Shown: positions 17,017 to 28,162 of the stretch, piece after piece | Layout: each line of letters starts with the position of its first letter | How positions within the stretch are numbered: the first letter of the stretch is position 1 | Assembly: GCF_009914755.1 (NCBI RefSeq) | Contig: NC_060936.1 | Source of the DNA: the human T2T-CHM13v2.0 reference genome, Homo sapiens | Length of the DNA stretch: 64,000 bases | Strand: one strand, 5' to 3' | Made by a program: the position numbers and the translations under genes | Notes under the pieces: model-generated | Told to the model about the DNA's origin: nothing | The model's database searches: none | The model's input: only the letters and a program-made list of their open reading frames with translations

Positions 17017-17415
17017 TGACAGAGCAGGAGCATCACCATCCTGCCATTTTAAAGTTCACCTTGATCAAAAACCACCTAAATCCAAAGGGCATCAGCCTAA
17101 TGGCTAAGGCCAGAATGACCATGAGCCACAAATAACATCTCTTACCAGAAACATTCCAAACCCCTCCCTGACCAGAGACATATCAGCCCCAAGATAACCT
17201 CCCCTCCAACCAGATACATTCCAACCCTGCAACTGACTTCTCCGTTATACAGAAACATTCCACGCCGGTGATAAGTTCTCTCACCCTTAAACCAATTAAT
17301 ACTCTTAGTCTGTAACAGAGAATGCTCCTGACTGAAGTTGGCCAGAAGCCCCTCTCAGGTTTATTCTCCAAAATAAACCTGTCTTTGAATGTTGAGCCAC
17401 TTTTTGTGTTTCTTT
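17017..17415 (+). mobile_element. ERV1 LTR (LTR19-like), 3' end missing
   Basis: Starts TGACAGAGCAGGAGCATC...CCATTTTAAAGTTCACCTTGATCAAAAACC and has AATAAACC near 17371. Confidence 0.65.
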
Positions 17416-17823
17416 GCATATTTGATTGCTTCTTCTGCCCTATTGTTTAAGTAAAAATGCAGATTCACTGAGCCAGACTAAGGCATAAGTGACTATTCCT
17501 CTACCCTCTTCACATGTAAGTTATCTATTCAGTGAAAGACTAAAGACTCAAAAGAACACAACCATTTGTCTCTTATCTACCTATGACCTGAAACCTCCCG
17601 CTTCGAGTTGTCCCACATTTCCAGATTGAACCAATGTACATCTTACTTATATTAATTGATGTCTTATGTCTCCCTAAAATGTATAAAACCAAGCTGTACC
17701 CTGACCACCTTGGGGACATGTCATCAGGACTTTGTTCGGTTGTGTCATGGGAGTGTCCTTAACCTTGGCAAAAATAAACTTTCTAAATTGATTGAGACCT
17801 GTCTCAGATACTTTGGGTTCACA
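17416..17823 (+). mobile_element. MER4-type LTR, 3' portion
   Basis: CCCTAAAATGTATAAAACCAAGCTG...AATAAACTTTCTAAATTGATTGAGACCTGTCTCAGATACTTTGGGTTCACA. Confidence 0.8.
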
Positions 17824-17975
17824 AAGACTAGGAAATCCTGTAGGATCTGCACTGGTTATTACATATTTTTGGTTTCCTCTTTGGTAAACCAAGTACAGGG
17901 CAATCATAGTAGGAGTAGTAATAACAATGACACTAGTGACAATAATAATAGATAATATGAACATTTACTGACATT

Positions 17976-18452
17976 TGTTACCTATACAATAGGTAAAGTC
18001 AATGGCATAGCGCATGATAGTCCAATGATCACAACACCAAGAAGGATTTAGCAAGATTTTATGCAACAAGTAAGGAGGACACCAGGGATAGTTCCCAAAG
18101 CAGTGTCTCCCCTAACAATGCTGAAAACAGGGCTTTTATTGGGCTAGTTAGCTCAGTCACTGTATGTAGAGGTGGAATAAAGGCAGCACAGATGCAGATC
18201 ATGCTTCCAAATACTGGCATGTTTAGAAAATGACAAATAAGCTCCTCCTCGGGTGGAGTTTTTAGTATGATAATGAGGAGAGTTTGCCAAAGTTCATCTC
18301 CAGTCAGGCATCTCTGCATATGACCAGTTTTTTGTTTTGCTGGGGCTGAGCTTCTTCCTGGAACTTTTTGAGACAACACGAACTCAAGTTGTTGTTATGA
18401 ATGGGTACTTTTTCACAATGCATACCCAAAAACCCAGGAGCCCTGGGTTACA
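17976..18452 (-). mobile_element. Solo ERV1-class LTR inserted in a MIR
   Basis: TG...CA termini, 4-bp TSD CATT (17972-17975 and 18453-18456) and minus-strand AATAAAA. MIR-like sequence resumes after it. Confidence 0.75.
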
Positions 18453-18459
18453 CATTGAC

Positions 18460-18665
18460 TAAGTTCTTACTTCATGAGCAAAGTGTTTTATATTCATTAT
18501 TTCATATAATCTTTAAAATAATATTTACTATAAACTGTATAAGGACACAGTTATTATCCCATTTACAGATGAATAAAACAAGGATTACAGAGGTTAATCA
18601 ACTTAACCACAAGGCTGAGCCGGGATTCACACACAGCTCCATTTGGTGACAAGGCCTGGGCTCTC
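18460..18665 (-). mobile_element. MIR fragment
   Basis: TTATTATCCCATTTACAGATGAATAAAAC...AGAGGTTAATCAACTTAACC...GAGCCGGGATTCAC. Confidence 0.7.
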
Positions 18666-18831
18666 CCCTCCATACCCTGATGCCTCCCATATACATGGAA
18701 AGCACCTAACACATCTTTGTGGAATGAGTTAACAAATGTTGTAATAGAAACTTATTTTTGAGTACTGAATGAATATAAAGTTCAGAAAATGCTTAGTGAC
18801 TGGATAAATTAGAGAACAGTTCTTGAAGAGC

Positions 18832-19001
18832 TGCCTTTGAGCAGCACTTAAATCTCTACAGTATCCCCCTGAGAAAAGGGGGGTCAGTGTTTATATTTGG
18901 AAGAGACTTAGATGGTTCTAGTCTTTCTTCTGTCTTGGGAATCTGGTCAGGTAAGTGTAATATGTGGCTTTAAAAGTTATCCAGGGAATGAGATTCTTTA
19001 A

Positions 19002-19084
<83 letters not shown>

Positions 19085-19194
19085 AAGTGAGAGTGTACTG
19101 GATTCTAAAAAGTGCTGCAAGTCAAGCACGAAAAAACATCAAGTCTTCATTATACTATTTACTCTATAGGGTAAAATTAAAAGTGAGAACAGTG
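18832..19194. repeat. Tandem duplication, gene-proximal copy (DupB)
   Basis: About 360-bp block from TGCCTTTGAGCAGCACTTA to GAGAACAG, repeated immediately downstream. Contains RS3. Confidence 0.92.
19005..19084 (-). repeat. RS3 compound microsatellite (TC)4-TT-(TC)12-(TG)23
   Basis: Plus strand reads (CA)23(GA)12AA(GA)4, the RS3 architecture. Confidence 0.93.
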
Positions 19195-19362
19195 TGCCTT
19201 TGAGCAGCACTTACATCTCTACAGGATCCCTCTGAAAAAGCGGGTCAGCATTTATATGTGGAAGGGACTTAAATGGTTTTAGTCTTTCTTCTGCCTTGGG
19301 AATCCTGGTCAGGTAACTGCATATGTGGCTTTAAAAGTTATCCAGGGAATGAACTTCCTTAA

Positions 19363-19419
<57 letters not shown>

Positions 19420-19542
19420 GAGGAGAGTGAGAGTGAGAGTGTATTGGATTCTAAAAAGTGCTGCAAGTCAAGCATGAAAAAACACCAGGTCTTCATTATA
19501 CTATTTACTCTATAGGGTAAAATTAAAAAGCGAGAACAGCGT
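19195..19542. repeat. Tandem duplication, distal copy (DupA)
   Basis: Second copy of the block with scattered substitutions. Contains a pure (AC)26 tract. Confidence 0.92.
19365..19416 (-). repeat. (GT)26 microsatellite in DupA
   Basis: (AC)26 at the position paralogous to RS3. Confidence 0.9.
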
Positions 19543-20220
19543 TTTGTCTGACATGGAGTTTTATTTTCTTATCTGCTAATACGGGCTTACATGTATGAGT
19601 GCAGAGCTAGGACATTAAAGAGAGGCTACCATGCTCAACAAAATCTTAAAGTATTCCGATCTTTGTTGATGAAATATTAGAATCTCATCACTTCTTAAAA
19701 CAAACAAACTCATTCCTAAGTCAGCCATTACAGTATTAGTAGAAAAATCACTGCAGAGAAAACCATTTCTAAAATCAGTATTATTTATATGTTCAGAAAA
19801 TCAGTTTGCTTTTAAAATTACATGGTTGATTTAATTTAAATGGCTTTTTAAAATTTAAAATCATTTAAATGGTTGAGTTTAAGACTTTTGCTCCTAATGA
19901 ATTCATATTCATTTGGGTGTTCTGCATCTTCATGGTCAGCAGTTTTGCTATCCTGTCTAAATTTGATCATCAAGACTCATTCTTCCAGCATGCTGGCAAC
20001 ATTGAGACTACCTCTGTGTATTCATTAATTTGTTTTTCATGAGTGAAAAGGTTTGCATTGTTTGAAGGGTGCTGAACAAAGTTGTGATACTATAATTTTT
20101 TGTTTATCTGCTGTGAATACTATTTATTAGAATTTTTAAATACTTATTTGCCTCTATTTTTCTTTAGGTTTGACAGGGGTTAGTTTTTAAAAAATATATT
20201 CTTTTTTAGGCATATTTAAT

Positions 20221-20526
20221 TTAATTTCAGTAATCAATTGATTTTTGACACAAGGTCTCACTCTGTCACCCATGCTGGAGTGCAGTGGCGTGATCACAGC
20301 ACCGCAGTCTCAACCTCTCCAGGCTCAGGTGATCCTCCCACTTCAGCCTCCCAAGTAGCTTGGACTACAGGCACATGACACTGTGCCTGGCTAATTTTTG
20401 TATTTTTTGTAGAGACAGGGTTTCACCATGTTGCCCAGGCTGGTGTCAAACTCCTGGGCTAAAGTGATCCATCCACCTTGGCCTCTCAAAGTACTGGGAT
20501 TACAGGTATGAGCCACTGTGCCTGGC
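20221..20526 (-). mobile_element. AluJ
   Basis: Antisense Alu with J-type features and a decayed tail. TSD TAGGCATATTT(T)AAT. Confidence 0.9.
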
Positions 20527-21561
20527 TAGGCATATTTTAATGATGTGTAAACTCGCATTAAGAACACTATCACATAATCAGATTATGCATTTGTTAACAT
20601 AAACTTTATCAGGAAAATGCAAAATATAAGAGTAAAACCACAAACTGCCAAGTTTGAAGCAACATATTCTGTTTCTATTCTTTACTCCACTCCTATGCCA
20701 CACCATCTGTCACCTTACATACTTGCAAGGTGCTTCAAAGTTTTTCAAAAGCCTTTTTACCTATCTCCAGTAATATGGAATATGTTGCATTTTATTTTCT
20801 GTTAGGATTCTATGGTGATGATTATATATTTATAACTAACTTATACTTAAAAAAGCAGACGTGTTACCTGAGAAGAGGTTTGATCCATTGGATTGCAACC
20901 TCAATGTACATGAGAAAGTTTCTAAGATTAAATTTCTCTGAATATATTTAAAGTATGGACACGAAATGGAATAGGCTTGAAATATTTAGGGCTTTACCTC
21001 AGTGTTCCTGAACAGACTTTTACGTGGAAATGTTCTTTGATTACCTGGTAAGTCAACAGGAAGAAATAACAAGAGAGACGTCATCATTGCAGTTTCCTAA
21101 GTACTTGCAATCAGATGGATGGCCGGTGCTCCTTATTCATGTCTACATTGAAGACGCTATTAAAAGGGAAGAATTAATATGTAACTGATGTTCAGAGAAG
21201 GCTTCTACACTTTCCAGAATCTCTGTTTAACCTTGTATTTGAATAGCTAGCCCATCTGCTCAACAATTTAACTATTCCTTCAATGATGATCTCTCACTGC
21301 CAGGCAAGCATTTTAGAAAAATGCTTTACACAATTAAATTCTGTATGGATTTATTTTATCATAATGGAATGACAACTTCACGTACTCAGCCGTAGAAGAT
21401 TTGGCAGAAAAATCTAGAATACGTTTCAACATTACTTTTACTACAGTTATGCATAAGGCAAGGAAAAAAATGAATCTATATGCATTCATTTATGATAAAA
21501 ATAACTATATATTTTACTACTTAGAACAATATTATTTTAATTTTAAAATGTTTCATTCTAA

Positions 21562-21869
<308 letters not shown>

Positions 21870-22307
21870 CTAGTCCTAGTATCCACAGGTAATCACATTT
21901 ATGATGTGCTTAAGTTTATAATCCTTTTTCACTGTGTGTATGTATGTGTATCTTTTATAAAACTAAAATTAGACCATATTTTTTATTTTTCAATTTAGTA
22001 ACATCATGTAAACATCTCTCCATGTCTTTAAATATTCTTTTACATCATTACTTTCATGGATTCATAGTTCTTTATCCTATTAATGTGCCTACTTTATTTT
22101 CTATTTTCTCCCCACCCCTTATTTTTGGAAAAATGTTGGCCTCCCAGCTTTTCCCCTTGTTTTTATACACATGCTGCCTATAGATACCTCTTTATTCATA
22201 TTCATGTTTATTTCCTAAGGTTAAATTTCTGGAAGTGGAACTACTAGGTCAAAGATTATGTAAAATTTTGATTTGGTTATCAAATCACTTATACACACAC
22301 ACACACA

Positions 22308-22602
22308 TTTTTAAAAATAGAGTCAGAGGCTTACTCTCTTGCTCAGGCTGGAGTGCACTGCCATGATCATGGCTCACTGCAACCTTAAACTCCTAGACTC
22401 AGGTGGTCCTCCCACCTTGGCCTCCCGAGTAGCTGAGACTACAGGTGTGTGACATAATTCATGGCTGTTATTTTAAAAATGTTTTTAGAGAAAGCGTCTT
22501 GCTATGTTGCCAGGATGATCTTGAACTCCTGGCCTCAAGCGATCCATCTTCCTGGGCCTCCCAAAGTGCTGGGATTACAGGTTTGAGCCACCGTGCCCAG
22601 CC
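22308..22602 (-). mobile_element. AluJ
   Basis: Diverged antisense Alu ending CCGTGCCCAGCC, with an (AC)n tract on the tail side. Confidence 0.88.
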
Positions 22603-22974
22603 TATATATCCACACTAACGCCTAATTAGCAATAAATGAGATTGCTCATTTTCCACAGCTTTGTGAACACAGAATAGTCCCATTGAAAAGAAAATCTTTC
22701 CGAATTTGATAAATGAATAAGTATCTGATTGTTTTAATGTATTTCGTTAGAAATATTTCATCGTTTTTGTCTCATTACTTACTTAATAATGAGTTAAACA
22801 TTTTCATAAATGTCTTATAACTTACAAACAGAATCTGGGAGTGCTGAATTATGATAAAGGAACTGCTCAAGTTAGAAATATTACTTTTACTTTTCTTTGA
22901 ACTGTTATAAATTATACAGAAAAAATAATACATGGTATATATGGACCATAAGTAGCAGGAGCTGTAATCCAGGT

Positions 22975-23150
22975 TTTGCATACATTATCTTATTTAATCC
23001 TCACGAATCTAATGAGATGGATTAACCACTATTTTACACATAAGGATGCGGGCCTCCGAGAGGTTAAATAAATTGCCCGAGAACACACAGCCAGTAGTGA
23101 CTCTGCTCAGATGGCATATTTGGGTTTTCTTACTTCCAAGACTGTGCTCT
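22975..23150 (-). mobile_element. MIR
   Basis: ATTTAATCCTCACGAA...GAGAGGTTAAATAAATTGCCCGAGAACACACAGCCAGTAGTG. Confidence 0.75.
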
Positions 23151-24509
23151 TCCCTTCTACTAACTTGTTTCTGATAGAGTAACTCTTTCCACATTTGCTG
23201 TCTAGCTTGGTCTAGATAGAAAACATATTTTTCTACTGCCATAATTCTTGCCATGGCTGTTACAGAGTTCATTTGTCCGCATAATTGGACAGGGCTAAGG
23301 GGGCAAGAGGCTTTTGAATTTCAATGGTAACTCTTGACCATCTGAGGATCTCTTGAGATTCTGTTTCCTGGGTTTAAAAGAGCTTCCCTTTTCATCTCTT
23401 AACAATGTTGACAAATTAAAACCTGTTTTATCTGCTTCATGTGGACCAATTCAAGCTTCACCTTGCCTCCTGAGTTGACTGAGACTTTCAGTGGGAGAAA
23501 CAACATTAGCCAGCTTGGTGTGGCAACTCTACCCCGACAAAATCTTATGAAATTGAAATCTTATTGTAAGCCTCATATTGCCTTCACAAAACTCCAGAAT
23601 AAGGCCTCACTGGAGGATATCCTGGGTTTAGCAATTAGTTTTGGCAATAGAGTATACTCTAGGGCACAGTAATCCCATAGAAAATAAAACTAGGAGTTTT
23701 TGGCTTTTTAAATGTTTTGTTGTATGACTTTGTTTTAATCAAACAAATATTTTATATCAGTTAAAATGTAATTTGCAAGATCAATGATGTGGCTTAGAAA
23801 AAAATAGAACTTCAGGTAACAGAGGCATCTTAATTATTGAAAGGAATCTGACCAAAACTACAATTAGACAGTTAAAAATAACAAATATTTTGAAATATAA
23901 TTGTTTACAAACAAGTAAAAGAACAAACGGGATATATTTAACCCCAAAATGGCTTGAGATATCATAATTTACCTTTCAGATTTGGTAATTGAATCAATAC
24001 ACATATATAAGAATAATTATGTTTTCATCACGTAAATGTAAAAAATGTTTTTATTAATTATGATTTTGTGAGTTAGCTTGAAGTGCTATACTTATCAGTA
24101 GTAGCTTAAAATTAATTAATTGTAATATCATTTGAAAATATACCAATTTTTTGTAACCTCTTAACACTTTTTACCTTCTATAATAAAACATTTAAAATAC
24201 ATTATTTGATGTGAGTCTCAGAACAGTGTATATTGCAATATAAGTGGCAGAATGCCATTTGCATCTTATATTGCAATGAATTTTCTCTCATGATGCTTCT
24301 GCCATTTTTTTTTGTGCTAAGTGTTTCATTTCTTTATTCTAAATTTTTAATTGACACATAATTATTTTAAGCCCAGTTTTATATTATGTGCATTTTTTTT
24401 CTGGAAAAGGTTTTGATAGTAAAATATCAAAACTAAGTCATTAAAAGAAAGGTAACTTATAGAAAACTTAAAAAAGCAATAACAAAGTTAGCCTTCTTTT
24501 ATTACTCTT

Positions 24510-24890
24510 TTTATTATATAATTTATTATACAATTATACAATTTATTATACAAAATAGTATAATTGTTTTTGTATAATTTTATTATACAAAATAGTATAA
24601 TTGTTTTTGCATAATTTTATTATACAAAATAGTATAATTGTTTTTGTATAATTTTATTATACAAAATAGTATAATTGTTTTTGTATAATTTTATTATACA
24701 AAATAGTATAATTGTTTTTGTATAATTTTGTTATACAAAATAGTATAATTGTATTTGTATAATTTTATTATACAAAATAGTATAATTGTATTTATACAAT
24801 TTATTATACAATTATACAATTTATTATCATTATACAATTATACAATTTATTACACAAAAACTTTTTATTATACAATTTTTATTATATATT
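24510..24890. repeat. AT-rich 37-bp minisatellite (about 7 units) with degenerate flanks
   Basis: The CAAAATAG core recurs at 24551, 24588, 24625, 24662, 24699, 24736 and 24773, an exact 37-bp period. Confidence 0.95.
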
Positions 24891-25552
24891 TGATTTCTAA
24901 GTCATCTTGTAGAAGATGAAAATATGAAGATGGGGTCTATCTCTTAGTCATCTTTGTTTTCCTGAGTTCTGACTAAGTTCTATCAAAAAAATTTTATGAT
25001 TTCTTTTTTTTTTTTTCATGCCAAAGAAACTGAAGGAGGAGGGACTTCCTAAAAAGATGGTAATTGTAATTATCAAGTGCCAGAGAAAACAAAAATTAAA
25101 AAAATATTTTAGGGGCTTTGACATTGAGGATAATAGATAATTTTGTTTTTTTATTTTCTGTGAGTCTTCTGTCTTTCAGTTATCTACTAAATACTGGAAT
25201 TCTTATATCAAAATCTTTTCCTTTGAGTTTCTCAGTCCCAAATTGACTATATAAAAATGTAATTGTTGATGTTTGAGGAGGCCAATAAATAATACTTCTC
25301 TGTCTTCCTTGTCTTCAGAAATAACTGAGAAATAAGTACAAGAGTCAGATCTATGGAAAACACAGTATTAGTTTAATAATTGGTAAGTCTTATAGATTAG
25401 AGGATGTGGCACAGAGGTACAGCCCCAGTGGGGACTGTCTTATATTTTACTCTTGAATGAGACCTACTTATCCAGCCACCATTCTCTGCCTCATGGGCAG
25501 ACAGCTTTCTGCATGGCACAGAGCAGTATGACACTACCTTGTCTGAGGGGAA

Positions 25553-26027
25553 TGATGAGCTTCGGGGCACACTACCCCCAAAATACGGCACTGTGGGATA
25601 TTGAATATTTTAAGCTAAAGAAATTTGAGAGACAGTATGTGCCGGAAGGATTTTCTGCCCTTACCCTGAAGCAGGTCATGATACCCTCATGTCAGAGATG
25701 ACCTCCCTATGTCTAGAGGAAAGGAGCCCCATTGTTTCTGAAGACACAGGGAGCCAGCAAATAGCAGGCCTTATTAGATCTCCCTCAGTTTATTACCATG
25801 AGATCACACCCTTTTGCTCTATCACATTTCTCCAGACTATTCACTCTTCATCAAACCTACTTTAAAAAACACTCCGATTTTACCATTTCTCTAGGTCTTT
25901 ATTTCCTCATAGAGGCTCCCATAAAACTTAGGTTAAATACATTTGTATGCTTTTCTCTTGTTAATCCATCTTTTGTTATAGGAGCCTTAGTCATGAACCT
26001 AAGATAGGATATTTTTCCTCCCCTACA
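25553..26027 (+). mobile_element. Solo ERV1 LTR (MER34/MER39/LTR48 group)
   Basis: TG...CACTACCCCCAAAATACGGCAC...ATTGAATATTTTAAGCT at the start and TTTTCCTCCCCTACA at the end. Confidence 0.75.
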
Positions 26028-27403
26028 GAAGGTATATGCAAAACAAACAGATCCCAGAAGGGGAGAGCTCACCAGTTTATAACTCTCCTCTCTTCAGAAA
26101 GGATGTGAATCCAAGGTGTGGGGAATAGCCAAGGGAACCGTCACCACACGGAAACACAAAACCAGAGGTATGTGATAGTCTTTATCCTAATATAACTGGA
26201 TGTTATGCAGCTCTAAAAAATCATGTATCTGCTGAAAGTGAGAAACTTAATCTGACAAATCCCAAGTGACACAGTCAATTCTAGTGCAAAATGTAGTTTC
26301 TTAGCCCAATGCCTCTCCATCCCTACTCATGCTCCACTTCTTTTCCCTACTTCTGCTTGGGGTCATTTAACATCTGTGGAGGCTTGTGTACTTTTGTGGT
26401 TTCAGTGGAATGCCATCTGCTAGGAGTTCCTGCTGGCTCCAACTGAGGAGTGGCAAAAACTGTCAGAAAAAATTGTCCAAGACTTGCAAGTAGGTAAAAG
26501 AGATTCCTGGGTGTTCTTTCCGCAGAGTAGGTGCATTGTCATTGTCATGATGTGTAACTGTTTGACTTTTTACTGGGTAGTCTATTTTACAACTCTGAAA
26601 AGGTAACTTGCAGGAAACTGAAAGTAATGCAACTGATTGCTGTCCATAACAACATAAATGAATTTTTTCCAATAGAAATGTAATTGATTTCTGCCCCGTA
26701 GGAAAGAAAACTCCAAGCATTATGTTTTATGAACCAATAGAAAAATAATAATCAATCTTACATCTTTTAGCAAAATCATTTCAGAATTCTTGACTGCCTA
26801 TGTGTTACTCTTCTTCAGATTCTCCCCTGAACAGGTCTTAACATCTCGTTGGTTCCATCCTTAATTAATAAGCTGAATAAAACTGTAGCATGTGTTCATT
26901 TTACATTTGCAGGAGAGTCATGACTTTATCTTTATAAAATTTATACATAGCAGCCCTGCGTGGTCTCAGGGGTCTGCCTCTATCTTTGCCACATCCCATG
27001 CTGAGGTCCATAGCTATTCTAGCTGGTCCTCACTAGTCCTCTGTTCTATCACAGGTGAGGCATGGTACTAGCTCTGGGGTTGCGGTGAGGGAGGAACACT
27101 CAGTATTTTCCCTTGCTTTTGTTCCTCTCCTCTCTTACTGGCATTTTTCATCCACTTAGACCTATTCACATCCACTGTCTGCCCCCAGCTTGACTGTCCT
27201 AAGTCTTTGCTTTGGGTTCTTTCTCCTTCGTCTTGAAGACTGATGGCCTGGCCTCCTTCTATAAATACATAGCTACTTGTTTGCCCCATGAGTATACAAG
27301 AACTTCTAAAATCTAATCTACATTCACAGGGATTACAGGGAGTCAAGCTGTCACAGGCATGGCTATTTCAGGTCCTCTCTGCCTAAATATACTCCAATAA
27401 CAT

Positions 27404-27842
27404 TGTCTGAGTCTATTTTGTGTTATTACAAAAGAATACCTGAGAGTGGGTAATTTACAAAGAAAAGAGGTTTGTTTAGCTCACAGTTTTGCAGGCTGAG
27501 AAGTTCAGGGACATAGTCCTGGCTTCTGTGCTGCCTCACAACACGGTGGAGAAGGTCAAAGGAGAGGCAGACATGGGTGAAGAGGGGAAAACCTGAGGAG
27601 CATCCTGGCTTTATAACAACTCACTCTTGCGAGAACTAATCCACTCCTGCAAGAAGCAGTTTCATCTCACTAGAGCAAGAACTGACTTACTACATGAAAA
27701 CAGCAGCAAGACATTCATGAGAGATCTGCTTCCATAACTCAAACACCTCCCACTAAGCTCCACCTGCCAACAGTACCACATCGGGGATCAAATTTCAACA
27801 TGAGTTTGGGTGGGACAAACCAACCATATCCAAACCATAGCA
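27404..27842 (-). mobile_element. MaLR solo LTR (MST/MLT1A-like)
   Basis: GAATACCTGAGAGTGGGTAATTTAC...AAATTTCAACATGAG...CCAAACCATAGCA with approximate 5-bp TSD AACAT/ACCAT. Confidence 0.85.
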
Positions 27843-28162
27843 ACCATATATATGCTATTGCTTCCACCCTGGGTATGCCTAGGAACACTCTGTAAAGCCT
27901 TTTCTTTGCAGAATTCTAAGCTGGAAGTGGGACACAATCCTCTTCTACTTTTAGATTTTAAAATCTATCTAGGAGTTTCTAGCACCTCCTCCCTGTGCTT
28001 TCAAACTTAAAACAAGGTGGGCAGAAAGAAGGGACTCATGCTTAAATTTAAACCTTAATTTTTTATCCTAAACCTCTCCAGATCTTCCCCCACTGTGTAG
28101 GAAGGATCTTTATTAGGTGGGAAAACCCTTCTTCAGTCTTATAGTACAGAATCCTTTTCACT

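Noticed and set aside
24540-24800. CRISPR-like appearance of the 37-bp palindromic repeats
   Set aside because: Units are head to tail with no unique spacers, there are no cas genes, and the context is mammalian.
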